This document shows positions 37,401 to 51,110 of a stretch of DNA of 64,000 nt, piece after piece. The stretch is from Paragordius varius (lineage: Eukaryota > Animalia > Nematomorpha): assembly GCA_964247055.1 (NCBI GenBank), contig OZ176052.1, positions 8,060,001 through 8,124,000 of the forward strand. The letters are read 5' to 3'. The notes under the pieces are model-generated. The model was not told the DNA's origin. It saw only the letters and a program-made list of their open reading frames with translations, and made no database searches. Positions within the stretch are counted from its first letter, which is position 1. Every line of letters starts with the position of its first letter. The position numbers and the translations under genes are program-made.

Positions 37401-40400
37401 TTCGGACTTCTGGATGGGGGGGGGGGGGGCTATTTGAAATAAGGGACAATAAAATGATCCACATATGTGGATTATTTAGAATCATTATTTAATAAATATG
37501 ATCTCATAAGAAAACGGTGCATTCATACTAATATATTGTTTACTTTGGCGAAAAATAGATTAAAAAAATTATTTTTGTGGACTTTTTTTTGAAAAAAATG
37601 GCTTTTTACGGGGGGAGCGGGTAAAAAGAGGGCCTAAATTAAAAAAGCGAGCCGACTATGTTCGGCGCAATCAAAAATAAGTAAACAAAAATTATATATG
37701 AAACTGAATGGCCCATCACATTCTCCGGAAAATTGTTTCAAAGACAGGATTTTTCTGGACTTGTGTTTTCAAAAAAACTTTTTTTTACACGGGGCGGGCC
37801 CGAACTGGGGGCCTAATTCAAAAAAAGGGCGAAGCTATTTTCGGGGCATTCAATTTGATTATAATTTTTCGATATTTGGATTTGAATGGGTTTACCGGTT
37901 TTCCGGAAATAGATAACAAAGCCAGCATTTTCCATTTTTATAAATATATAGATTAGCCAAAATAAATAAATAACGTATTGATAAATCCTATAACGCCTTA
38001 CCAATTTTAAAGCCTTTAACATTTACGTGATTATTTAAATTGTCACAATGTACGATATCACAGCCAGAAAACTTAAAGAGAAATAAAATCATAAATAACT
38101 TTATTTTATCCAAAAGTTTAAGAGTATAGCATAAATATGATATTATTAATAAAGAACCACAGAAGTGCGTACATAAATAATTATATAAGCTTCGTTGGCT
38201 ATTGATTTATGCACATATTATTATTATTATTATACTATATGATAAAATTTTATGAGTAGCACTTCATACTCTAAAAATCATAGCTAAAATACTTAAAATT
38301 TGAAATGCGCATTTTTAGCCATCATTTTACTCACTATGCTATTGCCCACCGAATTCAATTCAGATTCTTCAAAAAAAATGATTCTCTCAAAATGTAGAAA
38401 CAAACCCAAAATTGGAAAATTAAATTTAAAATCTTTTTTGAAAGTGAGGTGGTGTGTCACAGCCATTTAAATGTTGATATAATAAATAAGTCTATAATAC
38501 CGGGCTTATCTGCGTTCTTTCGTCTTTTACATGGTAAAAAATTAAAAAATATAAAAATTTATATAATCATTATTGCCCAAATTTTTTCGAATTTTTTGTT
38601 AAATTTACAATGTTTGCAAATGTATTTTTGGCAGTAAATTATCTGGTTATATTTCGGATGGAAAATGTGATATAAATATTAGAGTCTGAAACCTACGAAA
38701 CTGTGCAAAATAAATGCCTAATCTAATATAGTTGTAAAATGTTTGATATGATATTAAGGTAATTGAATTCTATAATATTAGTTTATTTAAAGCTCTGGAC
38801 TTTAATCACCCCAATATGCCTTCATCATGTATTAAAATGAAAGGATAATATTAAGGAGAATTTTTTTAATTATCTTCTATAATCTGCATAATTATAAAAT
38901 TTTGTGATTTGTAAAATTTAAAATAATAAAATACATAACTTACTATAATTATCATCAATGTCTTTGATATCGATGTCGATGGAATGATTTGATTTATTGA
39001 ATATTTTTTTATGATCATATGTTTCTTGTTTATTATCTTTTCGCCGCTCGAATTTTTTAAAATTTAAAAGATTCATTGGTTTAAATAAACGTAAAAATCG
39101 ATTATAGTTGCTAGGTAGATATGATTTTTGGACTTTATCCACATTGCTTGGCAGTTGGCCATTGTTTTTATTTTCCGATTCGGCAAAATTAATTTTGTCA
39201 ATACTATGCTTAACAGTAATTTTTTGATCCCATTGATTTGTGATTGTTTGAGATAATTTATTGAAATCAGGCACCGGTTTGAGTTCATAATTAGATGTTT
39301 TGGTTTGTATAATTCCTCTCTAAATATGAATAAATATCTTTATAAATTAATGTAAATTTCTTTGGATGTTTAGCCAGTATGATATAAAATTAATTGTTTT
39401 TTTAAAAAAATGTTAAAAAAAATCCAATCACGTAGAAAAATTTTTTTTGTATAATGAGATTGTTCTATGAAAAATTCTGACCAGACTAGCTAAATATTGT
39501 CAATTTAAATGCTAGTTAATATATATATATATATATATATATTATTATACATCATGTATTACACTGCTCAACAAGGTTTTCACCCCATTATTTTTGCATT
39601 TTCTGATACCTAATGGCATGGAAAGGCCAAAACACCAATAGGATTTTTCCAAAATTTAATTTTTAAATTTGTTTTTAATTCAAAATTAACAATCATTCCT
39701 CGTGTACATATGTTTAAATATTCAAACAAGCAAGTCGATACAAGTAATATTCCATGCATGGATAACAAATTCTAGGCATTAAATAAGATACTAAACAAGC
39801 TAAGAGCCAAAGTATTAAAAATCTAAAAGGGGCTTATGTATAGTGTGATAGATATGGGCGGCTGCACAAGCTCTGCATATCCCCCAAGCGATCCTATAAT
39901 TATGCCAGATATGGCAAAGATAGCTATAAGTCATCGTAAAGCCTGATAAGAGAGACTTTCAAGCAAAATTCATGCAAATTGACATGTCAAATTAACCAAT
40001 TCACAGAATAAAATTAGATAAATTCTACAATTAAATTGAATATAAATTAGGTAAATACAAATGGTCCAACCCCATAACAGTAAATTCTACTAAAAGTGGC
40101 TACACAACATCCATCTGAAATTCAAAATACAAAACAACCAATAATTTTAAGAAAATAAGGTATATCCACTAGGTATAAATTATTTTTATAAGAACCAACT
40201 CAAGAGAAAAAGTCTAATAAGTACTCGAAAGAACGAAATCTAACAAAAAAATATAGCCTATCTGAAAGCCAGGTTTAAACCAAAGAATGCCTTTTTTAGT
40301 ATTTTTTTAAAAAATTTTTATATGTGTTAAAAATTTACTTGAAAAAAAGACTAAATTTTGACGTTTAAGTCCTTACTATTTTTTTCTCTCTGATATTTAA

Positions 40401-43400
40401 ATGACATATTTATATTCAAAAGATAGAGTTTAAAACGCTTTATTAAATGATATTAAGTTTATAATATAATAACATTTTATTATAAAGTTATATTTAATTT
40501 TCTCTCGATTTCTCTTGTTTTTGAAAAATTGAAAAACCTATAAAATTTCAAAATTCTGATTGGCGGGATCAAAATTTTTTTCAAATTCGGTTTTAAAACA
40601 CTGAAATTAGTCATAACTTAAAAAGTTTGAGTGGTGGTGCTAAAAAAGGTCCAAATTTGTCGACTAGTGTTATTTATGAAATATTTTCGCCCTTTTAAAG
40701 AACTTTTTAGATGGAATAATGTGGGCTTAAAGTAAATTTAGAAATTATAATTAACGTATGCATGCCTAGTTAAAGAGCGTAAATCAAAGGGGTATGCTTA
40801 TCAGGAGGGGCTAAACTAAATTGAATTATAAAATTAACAATAAAAGTGTTTTTACACTTACTTAAATTATTTATATATAAGTAGTTCTGATTGATTTATA
40901 CTATCTTATTTTGAAATTGTATACGTTGTACGTGATTACACATAAAGAATTATAATGTTAATTTAAAATATGATTTCATTTGAACTTAACTCCATCTATT
41001 AGCATCTTATGTACCATTTATTAAAGTTATACACCTTTTTTGGATAGTTTTAAAATTGTTAAATTTTTTTTTTAATTTTACTTCACTCCTTAGGTTAAAT
41101 CATAATAACTATGGTAAACCCTGGGCTCATCTTAATCATGTAAGTTCATCGTAAATTTTAACAAATAGCTCAACATTAAAATAATATATATATATAATAC
41201 CAAATTTAGGGTAAATTGTCATAATTATATTTTTAAAAGGACTTTCTGAATCCGAAAATGGGGGACGATTTTATATTTGGAAAATAAAGCCCAAAAGTAA
41301 TTACAGGCAATCAGCTTTTGTTGGTAAAAAATGAAACAAATAATTTATGTTAACACATCAATATGGTTCATAATTTTATATGTTTGTGTTAAAATGAGCT
41401 TAATTATTTAAAAAGTTAAGCGTCAGTACAGAATTCATTTTTTAAGTCATAGGTGTTCAGCCGGGTGCCCAATATGTGGCTTGGGAAAAATTGGGGCATC
41501 TATCATTTGCAAAAATATGCTCACAATAGTAAAATTGGTATTTCTTCAAAATATTTCAGAATAAGTCTATCCGATTGGCAATGAAACACATATATTTTGT
41601 ATTTGCATTTTACAGTCTTATGTTTGAAATCCAAAATGTTTTTAATGTTCATAGATATTTACACAGCCCGCCAATTTTTTTGTATGAAAATGGGGACCGG
41701 AAGTCATTTTTGGACACCCTTCTCTAAAGTTTCAAAAATGTATGTTGGGCAAAAACACTAAATGTACTATGGCTCTCTAACTTTTTTGTATAAAAAAGAT
41801 ATTTTTCCTTTCGGTACCTCAATAAAAGTGTTTTATTTAAAATTTATTTTTCAACTAGCGTAAATCTCGTACTGCTACGCAGCCCGAGGAAGTCCTTCGG
41901 ACTTCTGGGGGGGCGGGGACATTTTTGATTTTATAAGCAATTTTATTATGCGGCACAAAGTTTTAAAATGATTCACATAGTCTCATAAGTTTTCCGTAAT
42001 TTGGCTCCAAAGGCATGCTGTATCGATATGATGGCGCAGTTGTAGGCGGGTACGACCCACTACTCAGAGGCCAATATAAAAATGTATTAAATAAAAAAAT
42101 TTGCCTTTATACCTGGAATCATCATTCATTCCTAATAGTTTATGGAATGGCTTCAAAACCAAATAATTGTTCAATGATAGCGCATTTTTTAGGGAGTAAA
42201 GGACCTATTTAACGGCTAATTCAAAAAATCCGCTCGACTTAAATTTTTGACTTTTTACGGGTAATACTTTAAGCAGCTATTGAACTCATATGGCCTGATA
42301 GGTTTTCTGAAATTTAGCCCCAAAAGCACGCTATTTCGATATGACGGGTCACTTTTTCGCGGGTAGCTCCTAACTCAACAGCTATCATCAAAGAAACGCT
42401 AAACTAAAATTTTTGCCTTTTAACAGGGAATACGTGGAATCCTTATTGAATTTTTACGGTCTCATACCCTGGGCGAAAAATATAATCAAAAATATGTTCG
42501 GCGCAATCGAAAATAAGTTAACAAAAATCGTATTTGGAATTGAATGTTCCAACACGTTCTCCGAAAAGTTGTCTCAAAGACATGATTTTTGTGCACTTGT
42601 GTTTTCAAAAAAACCGTTTTTTACATGGGGTGGGCCCGAACTGGGGGCCTAATTAAAAAAAAGGCGAAGCTATTGTCGGGGCATTCATTAATGATTATAT
42701 TTTTTCGACATTTAGATTTGAATGGGTCTCCCGGTTTTCCGGACACCGGTCACAAAGCCAGCATTTTCCATTTTTATAAATATATAGATTACACAGCTTA
42801 TTCTAACATATATTATAACGTTTTGTTAAATATGATCCTCAAAAATCATATATTCTTTAACTCAGGTAAAGAACAACTAATCTACTTTCATATATTATAA
42901 AAGAAAATAAATACGGTATTTTATATAATTCTGATATTATAGACAGTAATATAAAAACCATAATTATAATTAGTAAAATACTTTTTTTAATAAGTAAGCG
43001 TTTCCAGATTTAAGTTTCACTTTTAAATGAAGCTCTTATAATTAATTTATCTTTTTATCCTTGCAAAGCTTTAACCATTTTTTATAAATGGAAAAATAAT
43101 TAAAAACAGCTGAGTGCTTAAAATAAGTTTTATATTTATTTTTTTACATGCAACGTAACCTCTCAAGTGTATCGGGATCTGATGAGATCTAACAGAAATA
43201 CCTTAAGATTTGGATTATCATAATATATAAACTGTATAAAAAAAAGCACACTTTGCAAACGGAAGATTCGGTCTAAAACAAAAACATGCCAATTGTATAA
43301 TTTTTTGTATAAAATTAGAACGTGTGGATAGAATTTTATTAAATGTATATACATCTATAGATACTATCCATAGCATATAATAAAAAACAGTTTCTTACAA

Positions 43401-44139
43401 AAAGATTATATGTGTAAAGACAATTTAATTATAATGAAACAGATACTGCATTAAAAGTGAAAATTTGATTGATTTATGATTTGAATTTTCGTAATTATGG
43501 TTAATATAATTTGTATTAAAAAGATTTAACTCATTTAAATACATTCTATAAGTGTATCCCATTTTTTGAATTCCCATATTTTATTTGGAAAATTATCTTG
43601 TACAACATAAAGAAGAGTAATTAATTTTAAATTTACCATTCCGTCGCAAAGTGAAACAGCTGATATGCCATAAAATTCCTGAAAATTTGCCGTGTGATTC
43701 AATGTTGGTTCAATTAATTTTCCATGGTAAAAACAATCAGGTATCCGAATACTAGAGAGCGAATTGTTTTGTGAATTATATAAAGCAAATTTAGAGCTAT
43801 TATTATATGCATTATTGTTGTTTGACTCATTTATAAGTTGCATGGTTAAATATTTATTTTTTGTAAGCGTAAGTATGTATGTATTGCCCGTATCATTTAA
43901 TTGTATGTATATATCAATAACATCAGGATAAATGAGATTATTATTATTGTTGTTAGTATCTTCAAGGGATTTTATGGTTGTACCAAAAAAATTTACTTCT
44001 TCAGACGTTGGGTTTACGTCTGTGGAAATGTCCTCAAACGATTCACCATGCAAAGAATGATGTAGATGCCCTTTAGGTTTGTATCGAACTATTTTGGGTA
44101 TAAATTCTATCCGCTCATGATCGAATATATCTGACTGAG
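28446..44139 (-). CDS. ADAMTS-like secreted M12B (reprolysin) zinc metalloprotease with two TSP1 and two Cys-rich modules, ~1,120 aa without the N-terminus
   Basis: Exons 44139(or 44134)-43637, 39319-38944, 36834-36635, 35651-35568, 34714-34537, 33581-33347, 33238-33073, 32843-32739, 32614-31759, 30818-30688 (donor ambiguous), 30128-30013, 29878-29812, 29223-29103, 28755-28613, 28532-28446; phases are consistent. Prodomain CFYHGKL..AVSLCDGMRGII; catalytic HELGHTLGLEHD with Met-turn YIMAS; disintegrin-like LPGQ..QC..HPALEGTYCGENKWCRSGEC; TSP1 GGWSLW..RSCSNPTPLHNGKNCKG and DGSWGPF..RKCNNPPPINGGKSCQG; Cys-rich PNGAPC..ICVDGDC and PDGTSC..YCLRRTC. First exon not found. Confidence 0.92.
28785..29057. 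mobile_element. Second copy of the 16169-16390 MITE, in an ADAMTS intron
   Basis: Shares AATTCAAATTCACC.., TTTTGTTTAAAATTAAAATAATACTGAAAA and the right end GAACTGTAAATGGTAT, with more copies of the AGGGTGAATTTGAATTG subrepeat. Left end degenerate. Confidence 0.65.
30649..30693. repeat. 15-bp tandem triplication (AATATGTACAAAATT)x3 at an ADAMTS exon/intron boundary
   Basis: Three exact units read directly from the sequence. Confidence 0.9.
34904..35068. repeat. ~87-bp tandem duplication in an ADAMTS intron
   Basis: TGAGCATCATAAAAAATTTTAAA(C/T)GTAGTAGTTT starts at 34904 and again at 34991. Confidence 0.8.
37361..37952 (-). mobile_element. Complete non-autonomous Helitron, 592 bp
   Basis: Minus strand A|TCTATATATTTATAAAAATGG ... 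C-tract, GAAGTCC-GAA-GGACTTC, GCTGC-GTA-GCAGC, CTAG|T. Confidence 0.88.
41461..41722. mobile_element. hAT-type MITE, degenerate
   Basis: GGGTGCCCAA... / ...TTGGACACCC ends resemble the 22916 family. No TSD recognised. Confidence 0.45.
41855..42788 (-). mobile_element. Complete non-autonomous Helitron, 934 bp
   Basis: Same 5' A|TC end and same double-hairpin CTAG|T 3' end as the 37361 and 17633 copies. Longer interior with repeated modules. Confidence 0.88.
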
Positions 44140-44539
44140 CTAAAACATAAGTAAAATAAAAAATATTAAATGCGAAAACATTGAATAGAGTCGTGTTGGG
44201 CCTCTTAACAAAACTTAATTTGACCCCTCAAATATAAATTAAAGTGATTATATATAAGGATTCGACATAGGTCAACACGTGTAGTTATCAAAGATTAAGG
44301 GCTTACAATATTACATATATGTAAAAATATGCGTCTTCACAAGTTTCGTGTTTTATTAGACTCTATATAAACCCTAAACATTTACATTAAAATCCTGATA
44401 TCAAGTTTAATTTTTAAACAGAAAAACCTGTATTTTTGGTTAAACACCTAATATTTAAGATTATAACCGATGATTACTGCTAAGTATTTGCATATATTTT
44501 GCTATATTCTGTAAAAAATAGATTATGATAATGTTTATA

Positions 44540-44585
44540 AAATATTAGTTGAATTTATACCCAAATATTAGTTGAATTTATACCC
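44540..44585. repeat. 23-bp exact tandem duplication
   Basis: (AAATATTAGTTGAATTTATACCC)x2. Confidence 0.85.
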
Positions 44586-45767
44586 AATACTTTGAATTAT
44601 TAAAATAGCTTAAAAATACCTGCACACAACTCCAATATCCATATGATAGTTAATAGATGAACGAAAAGATTATAATAGATTAACATTCTAGAATTAGGCT
44701 TCAGGAATTATGATGACACCAAGGATCATTGGATTTGATGGCTTAGAGTCCCCTTGTGATTATAATATCATTATTTTTTAATGACAATAAAAATAAATGA
44801 TTTGATAACATTTATTGTTTTTGCTTCTTGCATGAACTTCATGAATTTAGCGTACTCGTGACAAAGTGCATCGGAAGTAATTTATATATTGTAATTATAA
44901 ACTAATTTTAAATCATTAACTTTTAATTCATTTAAAAGCTTTTACTTTAAGCAAGTTCTGAGCTAAAACAATAGATACATCTCACAAATGGTATATATGA
45001 AACCGAGTTTAGCTAGCATGCTGCTAGGTAAGCTGAAAACATGTGCACACAAAATAGGAAAACATTTATAAGTAGTTCCATGATTTGTTAGTTTTTGATT
45101 GAATTAAACAGTATATTATTACAATAAATCGATGAACTTTACTACTGTATGTAGAGTTAAAGAAGGAGAATCAGAATAAAATTTGGTGTGACAGGTAGAC
45201 AATACATTTGTTTTAAAATAAAATCCTTTTTACATTAAACATTCAACAGAATAAATATTTTTATTCATACGATATCAGGGTACTTAATGATTTGGTAATA
45301 GATAGAGATATTGAATTATAAGTATGATATCTGATATCTAAGAAAACAAAAGTTGTGTTAAGAAATATAAAATAGTAGAAAAGAGGTTGACAATATTATA
45401 TTTTAGGTTCAAGTGAATTCAGTTATTGTTACTAAGATTTCCGTTTGAAATTATATAATTATGTATAATATGCTGTAACTAATACTGCTTGGATTATATA
45501 ATAAAAATAAAACAAGATAAGAAGGGGGAATTAAATAATTCATTCATTTTATTTACTAAAAGGTAAAAATTAATTTCACTTTTGATTCAATTTTTTTAAA
45601 TTATGGTATGGATTAAAAAATGAGAATATTGTGAAAATGACAAAAATGTCATAAATATACATGGTACATGCATAATATTAATGTATCTATCGTTCAAAAT
45701 GATATATTTAACAACTAAGTGTTATGATTTTTTAGAAAATATAAGTCTTAACTTAATCAATTATATA

Positions 45768-45925
45768 CAGTAGCGTATGGCATAAAACGATATTAATCCA
45801 TAAAATAAAAAAGTGTTTTTTTAAAAAAGCGAGGGAATATTATGGATATGTGTATATATACAACTACTTGTTTTAAAAAGACATTTTTTATTCTTTTATG
45901 GATTGATAAATGCCATACGCTACTG
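45768..45925. mobile_element. Tc1/mariner-type MITE, 158 bp
   Basis: TA|CAGTAGCGTATGGCA ... TGCCATACGCTACTG|TA. Confidence 0.85.
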
Positions 45926-46388
45926 TACTATGTGTATCTTACTAAAGCGGCTTAATTTAAACTCCTCTACTTTGCACCAATACAAAAAAAATAAATAAAC
46001 CAGTGAAATTAATAACGCACCGTATTTTCGTAATCTTTTTCATGACATTTTTGCGATAAAATTATGCACAAAACAGTACTCTTTATGTAAGAAAGGTCTT
46101 CAAAGAAATGATCTTTCTCTATGTGACAAAAGCGGTACAGATATTGTATCACAATATCTTTACATCGTAATAAAATTATATTTATGATGTTTTACATTTT
46201 GATTAATGGCAAACAAAAATACAAACATTCTGAGCATTGTCAAATTTAGCTACCTACAACAGAAAAAAATGTTTTCCATTAGAACAATTGGTAAATGTGG
46301 TTTTTACTTTGTATAATAATAGGTCACTCGCATTAAATTACACATCCCTTCCATAAGAGTTTAAAATTATATAAAAAAAAGGATTTTA

Positions 46389-46559
46389 CAGTAGCGTATG
46401 CAGTAAAAGATTGTTAGTGCAAAATAATCTTAATAGGGGGATATTATGGATATGTTTATAAATAGGACTGAATGATAATTAATATATGAAAATTGTCCCC
46501 CTGTTTTGTGTTCATTAAGATTATTTTGCACTAACAATCTTTTACTGCATACGCTACTG
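46389..46559. mobile_element. Tc1/mariner-type MITE, 171 bp, 46-bp perfect TIRs
   Basis: TA|CAGTAGCGTATGCAGTAAAAGATTGTTAGTGCAAAATAATCTTAAT and its exact reverse complement, followed by TA. Confidence 0.9.
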
Positions 46560-48140
46560 TATATAAATTTAATCATTTAATAAAAGCTTAACGAATAATT
46601 AATTATTACTGCATAACAATATAAATAATTGCAATAACCAATTTCTCATTAACCAGTTAAATGTTTTATATTTTTTTCGACAAAAAAAGTTTGCCTGAGA
46701 GCTTCATTTAATATTTTTAATATTTTTACACACTCATATCATGTTAAAGGACTTATGAAAAACTAATATTCGCCGGCCCAGATCTAATAATAATGGATAT
46801 GATTGGTGTTTGAATTTAACAAGAGTTGAAATGTGTTTAATATTTTGGACAACACGCTGCAAATATCAACTAAAGAAAAATTAGGCCTTAAATGTGGCTG
46901 AGAAGAGGATTAGTTGATGCAGAATAAAACTATAAAAGACGAATGTAATCATCTTATTAATTTGGTCAAGAATACCGAAATTTTTAAAAATTCATTAATA
47001 CAGCCGCCATCATTATATTTAACATGGCAAATTATTTTATCAGTACGTTATGAGATAAAAATCCTATATTAATATTGAACACTAAGGGATACCTATTAAC
47101 AATTAAATCAACAAATCAATTCGAAAATTTTTAATTAAAATAACAAAGATTATCAAATGAACGATGGCACAATATTATAAATTAAAAAATAATTTAACCT
47201 TTACCTCAATATATCAAAGCTATAAAATATACTAAGTCATGATTTTATTCAATTTTTTAAAAAATTTTACATAATACCTGTCAAATTTTTTATCTTTAAA
47301 ACAGATAAAATGAATATCAAAAGTTGGCATATATATAATTATATTTTTTTTTGCCAAAACAAAAATTTACCATTGTTATTATATATATCCTATATTAAAA
47401 ATATATTATATAAAAAAACTTATATATGTATAATAAAATTTCATGAAGAATAATTATTTTTTTGTAATTTCAAAACAAATATAATAATAAATGAACTAAT
47501 CAAATAGACGACACACATACGTAGAGATATATGATAGTAATTATAATTTTTTATTTGTTTTTACAAGTATTTTAACCTATATTTTATTCTAATGATAAGA
47601 CAGGTTGCTGGTGAAAACGCTCTAATTTAATTAATATTATTGATAAATATGATGTCTTAGATATAAGTATGTATGTTAAAACGAACCCCATATATACATA
47701 CTTTGGAAAGATGGGTATTTAATAAAATCAAGAAAATTCTCACTACTATTTCAAGGTTTTAGGGTAATTAAGTTTCGACCCATCCTATTTATTAAATATG
47801 GGCAAGGATTATGTAATTAGTCAATTTAGGTTCTATCATCGCCTGAAAAACATTTTTTAGAATTGTGTAAGATAATTATCAATAAATTATGAATAAGAAA
47901 ATAAAATGTCCCAGCAGGGGTATTAACATGAGGAATTTGTGCAGTTTATTAAATTTCCCAAATAATTACGAAATTTTTCATAATTTCGGGAAAAGGGGGC
48001 TATTACAATAAACACCCATATTATTGGTTATATGGGTTTGGTCAAATAAAAGGTAACATATGTAGAAAAATACTTTTGTTGTGTTCTGAAAAAAATGTAT
48101 TGTTTTTAAAATGGAACAATTTTTTATGTATACTATTTTT

Positions 48141-48286
48141 CAGTCAGAAGCAATTTTTCAACAAACGCAACAATTTTTCAAGCTAACACAACATTACAAG
48201 CAAACGCAGCATTTTTTCAAGCAAAGGCAACCGAAAAAATGTTGTCCTTGCTTATGCGCTTAATTAAAAATTGTTGCTTTTGATTG
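48141..48286. mobile_element. Short TIR element with internal ~20-bp tandem subrepeats
   Basis: CAGTCAGAAGCAA / TTGCTTTTGATTG ends; internal TTTTTCAAGCAAACGCAAC-like repeats. Second copy at 52461-52576. Confidence 0.6.
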
Positions 48287-48311
48287 AAAAATGATATAAT
48301 AGACTGTAAAA

Positions 48312-48921
48312 CAGTAGTTTCCAACAAAAATGGCTTTCCATACCGCATTTTCAGATGAAAAATTTCCGTCGGCCGCATTGAAAAAAATACGAATTTACAT
48401 AATATAATTTTATTATATTTAAATCTTGGAATAGAATAAAAATAATTCGACCATAATCTACTAATTATTTATTTTTTGTTTATTTCATTGGCAAATTTGG
48501 AAAGATATATTTAGATTTGTCTATTCTACAATCAAGAAGTTAGGTTAATCTTCAAAAAAATTGAATCTATTTATATTTGGGATGTTTATAAAATATGTTT
48601 GATTGTATGAATGACAATTTTTGCCATTTGATCATCTAATATTGATTCACGAAATCCAATTTATGGGTAATATGTGATACATAAAAATATTAAACGGTCT
48701 TATAACCCTTTGCCAAACAATCAATAGAATAAACAAAATAGATGCAATTTGGAATAAATTATTACTAAAAATAATTTTTAAACTAAATTATATAAATTTT
48801 ATTAATATTATATACAAAGTTATTTTGTTATATTACAAAATTTTACATTTATTTAGTATTTTTTTTCAAATTTTTCGCGGGCTGTAAAATTTTTTGGAGA
48901 GCCGCGTGTTGGACACTCCTG
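48312..48921. mobile_element. hAT-type MITE with perfect 8-bp TSD
   Basis: CTGTAAAA|CAGTAGTTTCCAAC ... GTTGGACACTCCTG|CTGTAAAA. Confidence 0.85.
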
Positions 48922-49304
48922 CTGTAAAAGAAATATTTATTTTTAATAGTACACGAGAGATTTTAATTATATCGGTATAATTGGATAAAGGTATTGAATT
49001 CACATTTCTGCTTGCATGTATGAAACTTTTATATAAATATTGTTATGTTTTTTATATGGCTTAATATATTTTATTTTTAGAATGAAGCATTTATCTTTCA
49101 CCAAAAAAATTTATTTTAATATGGAACCACAAAAATAATAAGGCCTTAAATTAAAAGCACCATTTTCCATCAGTTCATGATATATTTTGTGTGCACTGAG
49201 TTATGGTCATATCAGATGCAATAACTATTAATATATCTAATATTTTTTGGTAAATAACTTCATCATTATTATTAAATTATATTGGAATAATTTTAAAGCA
49301 AAAT

Positions 49305-49428
49305 ACCTATAAAAATAAGACCAAATTAACTGGGAGACCGAAATTGTTGATAAAGAGAAAATAACAGATTTTAGACAAACAAGGAAAAGAAAATTATGTA
49401 CAGAAAAAATAAGTATCACAAATTTCAT
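49305..49428 (-). other. Candidate first (signal-peptide) exon of the ADAMTS-like gene
   Basis: ATG-initiated hydrophobic MKFVILIFSVHNFLFLVCL on the correct strand upstream of the prodomain exon. The donor site and phase cannot be fixed, and hydrophobic ORFs arise easily in AT-rich DNA. Confidence 0.25.
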
Positions 49429-49723
49429 TCATAATATTACAAAAATGTTTTCTAATTTTATTTCCATTTAGTAATTTTAGTTTATATTTTAATATTATTA
49501 TTAAATTTGACAAATTACTTAGCGTAATCGAAAATTCAAGCTCTAAATAAATTTAATTATTTCTAAATTTTAATAACTCAAATATTAATAAAAATATATT
49601 TTGACTTGTGAGAGCCTAACATCTTAAATTTATAGACTCCGCTTAAATCTGCTAGTATTTATATAATAAAATACCCAGATTTCGCGATAACATTAATATA
49701 TAAATATGAAAATTAAATTAACT

Positions 49724-50211
49724 CACTTGGATACAACAGCATCATTTCAATCCTTCGATTCGAATTGAGGACGTTGGTGACAGGCCTATTTAAAATTATA
49801 TATTTTAAAAAATCAGAGTATAAATGGAAATTATTGCACAAGTTTGTACTTATATTAATGCACCGAAACTATTTCAAAACTTGATGTGACATCTTTTATT
49901 TAAAGTTGAAGATAAAAAATTAGTGAATACGACATGTGTACATTAGTTACATAACAGATAAAAAACCACATTTTTAAAATATTAATGTTAGTTGTAATTT
50001 TACAAAAACTTTAATTTTAGCTTTATAATTACAAAAGCACAATATGCAGAAAAAAAGTTTTTCTATAAAACTAAATTATTTGATCATTATGTTTTTATAT
50101 AATTTTTAATAGGATAAACCTAGAAAATTAAACCTAAATCCCCAGAATAGTTTTTAACTTTAATTTAAATATGTTTTGAGGTTCCTAGTTATCCCAATCT
50201 AAATCGAAGTG
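49724..50211. mobile_element. piggyBac-like non-autonomous element (family of 14300-14879)
   Basis: CACTTGGATACAAC..CCTTCGATTCGAATTG left end and CCCAATCTAAATCGAAGTG right end. TTAA flanks are degenerate. Confidence 0.65.
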
Positions 50212-50546
50212 TAAAATAATGATGCTAAATTTGTAGCAAATTTTTAAAATTATTATAGAGTCTCTGTTTATTGTAATTAAATATTAAACAACTTTGGAAG
50301 CCTTCAAATAACATTTAGAGACAAATTTTTGAGCAAGGATTTTATTATCAGCTGTTTGTTTCAAATGTATTTTAGAGCTATCCAAATCGTGACTATTGAC
50401 GTTAAAAATACTGTAATTGAGTTTAAAAATTTAATACAGGAGAAAAGGTTAAACTAAATAATTTAAGACAACTTTCAATAGTTTATATAATTAGGCTTTG
50501 TAGAAAACTGCCCCAAAGTAATAAGATAATTGCAATTAACTGTTAA

Positions 50547-51064
50547 CACTTCATTACCTTTAGGAGTAGATTTATATCCCAGAGCGATTTAAGATAATAT
50601 CTTGAAAAGTATTATTGATATTAATTCGGATTTAAAAATATGCTTTCTCCTTTTAAGCGCATTATACAAAATTTTTTTTGGAAAAATATAAAATTGTAAT
50701 AAAATTCTCATCTCAAATTTTTTCGTAGCCATAGTTTTTACATGATTTTTTAAATCGCTAATTTAATTGGCAAATACAATTCTTATGGGTAGAAAATGTG
50801 AATAATTAACTAAAAAGCTTTCACGCCATATTTTAGAAAACTTCATATATTTTGATTTTAATATCAGCGGTTTGTTTCGAACGTGTTTTGGAGCTGTCTC
50901 AATTTTAGACTCTAGAAGCCAAAAAACACAAAAAATATAACCTTTTTATCTAATACACAAGAACAAATTTTGTTAATTAACTAAAATAACTTTCAAAACA
51001 GTATTATTCACAAAATTGAGCTCTGGGATATAAAACTACCCCAAAATGTAAACTTATGAAGTCT
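50547..51064. mobile_element. piggyBac-like MITE, related subfamily
   Basis: TTAA|CACTTCATTACCTTTAGGAGTAGATTTATATCCCAGAGC and an imperfect inverted copy GCTCTGGGATATAAAACTACCCC...TATGAAGTC. Confidence 0.55.
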
Positions 51065-51110
51065 TTAATGTCATCCCTTTTTTCGATACCTGGATACTGA
51101 CATATGCTAA

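Noticed and set aside
39560-40120. Possible Tc1 relic (TA|CACTGCTCAAC start; minus-strand GVGPFVF)
   Set aside because: No matching right TIR or DD34E motifs could be found.
43163-43354. Minus-strand ORF as an ADAMTS exon
   Set aside because: The flanking exons join directly as the conserved CDGM|RGII motif, so this is intronic.
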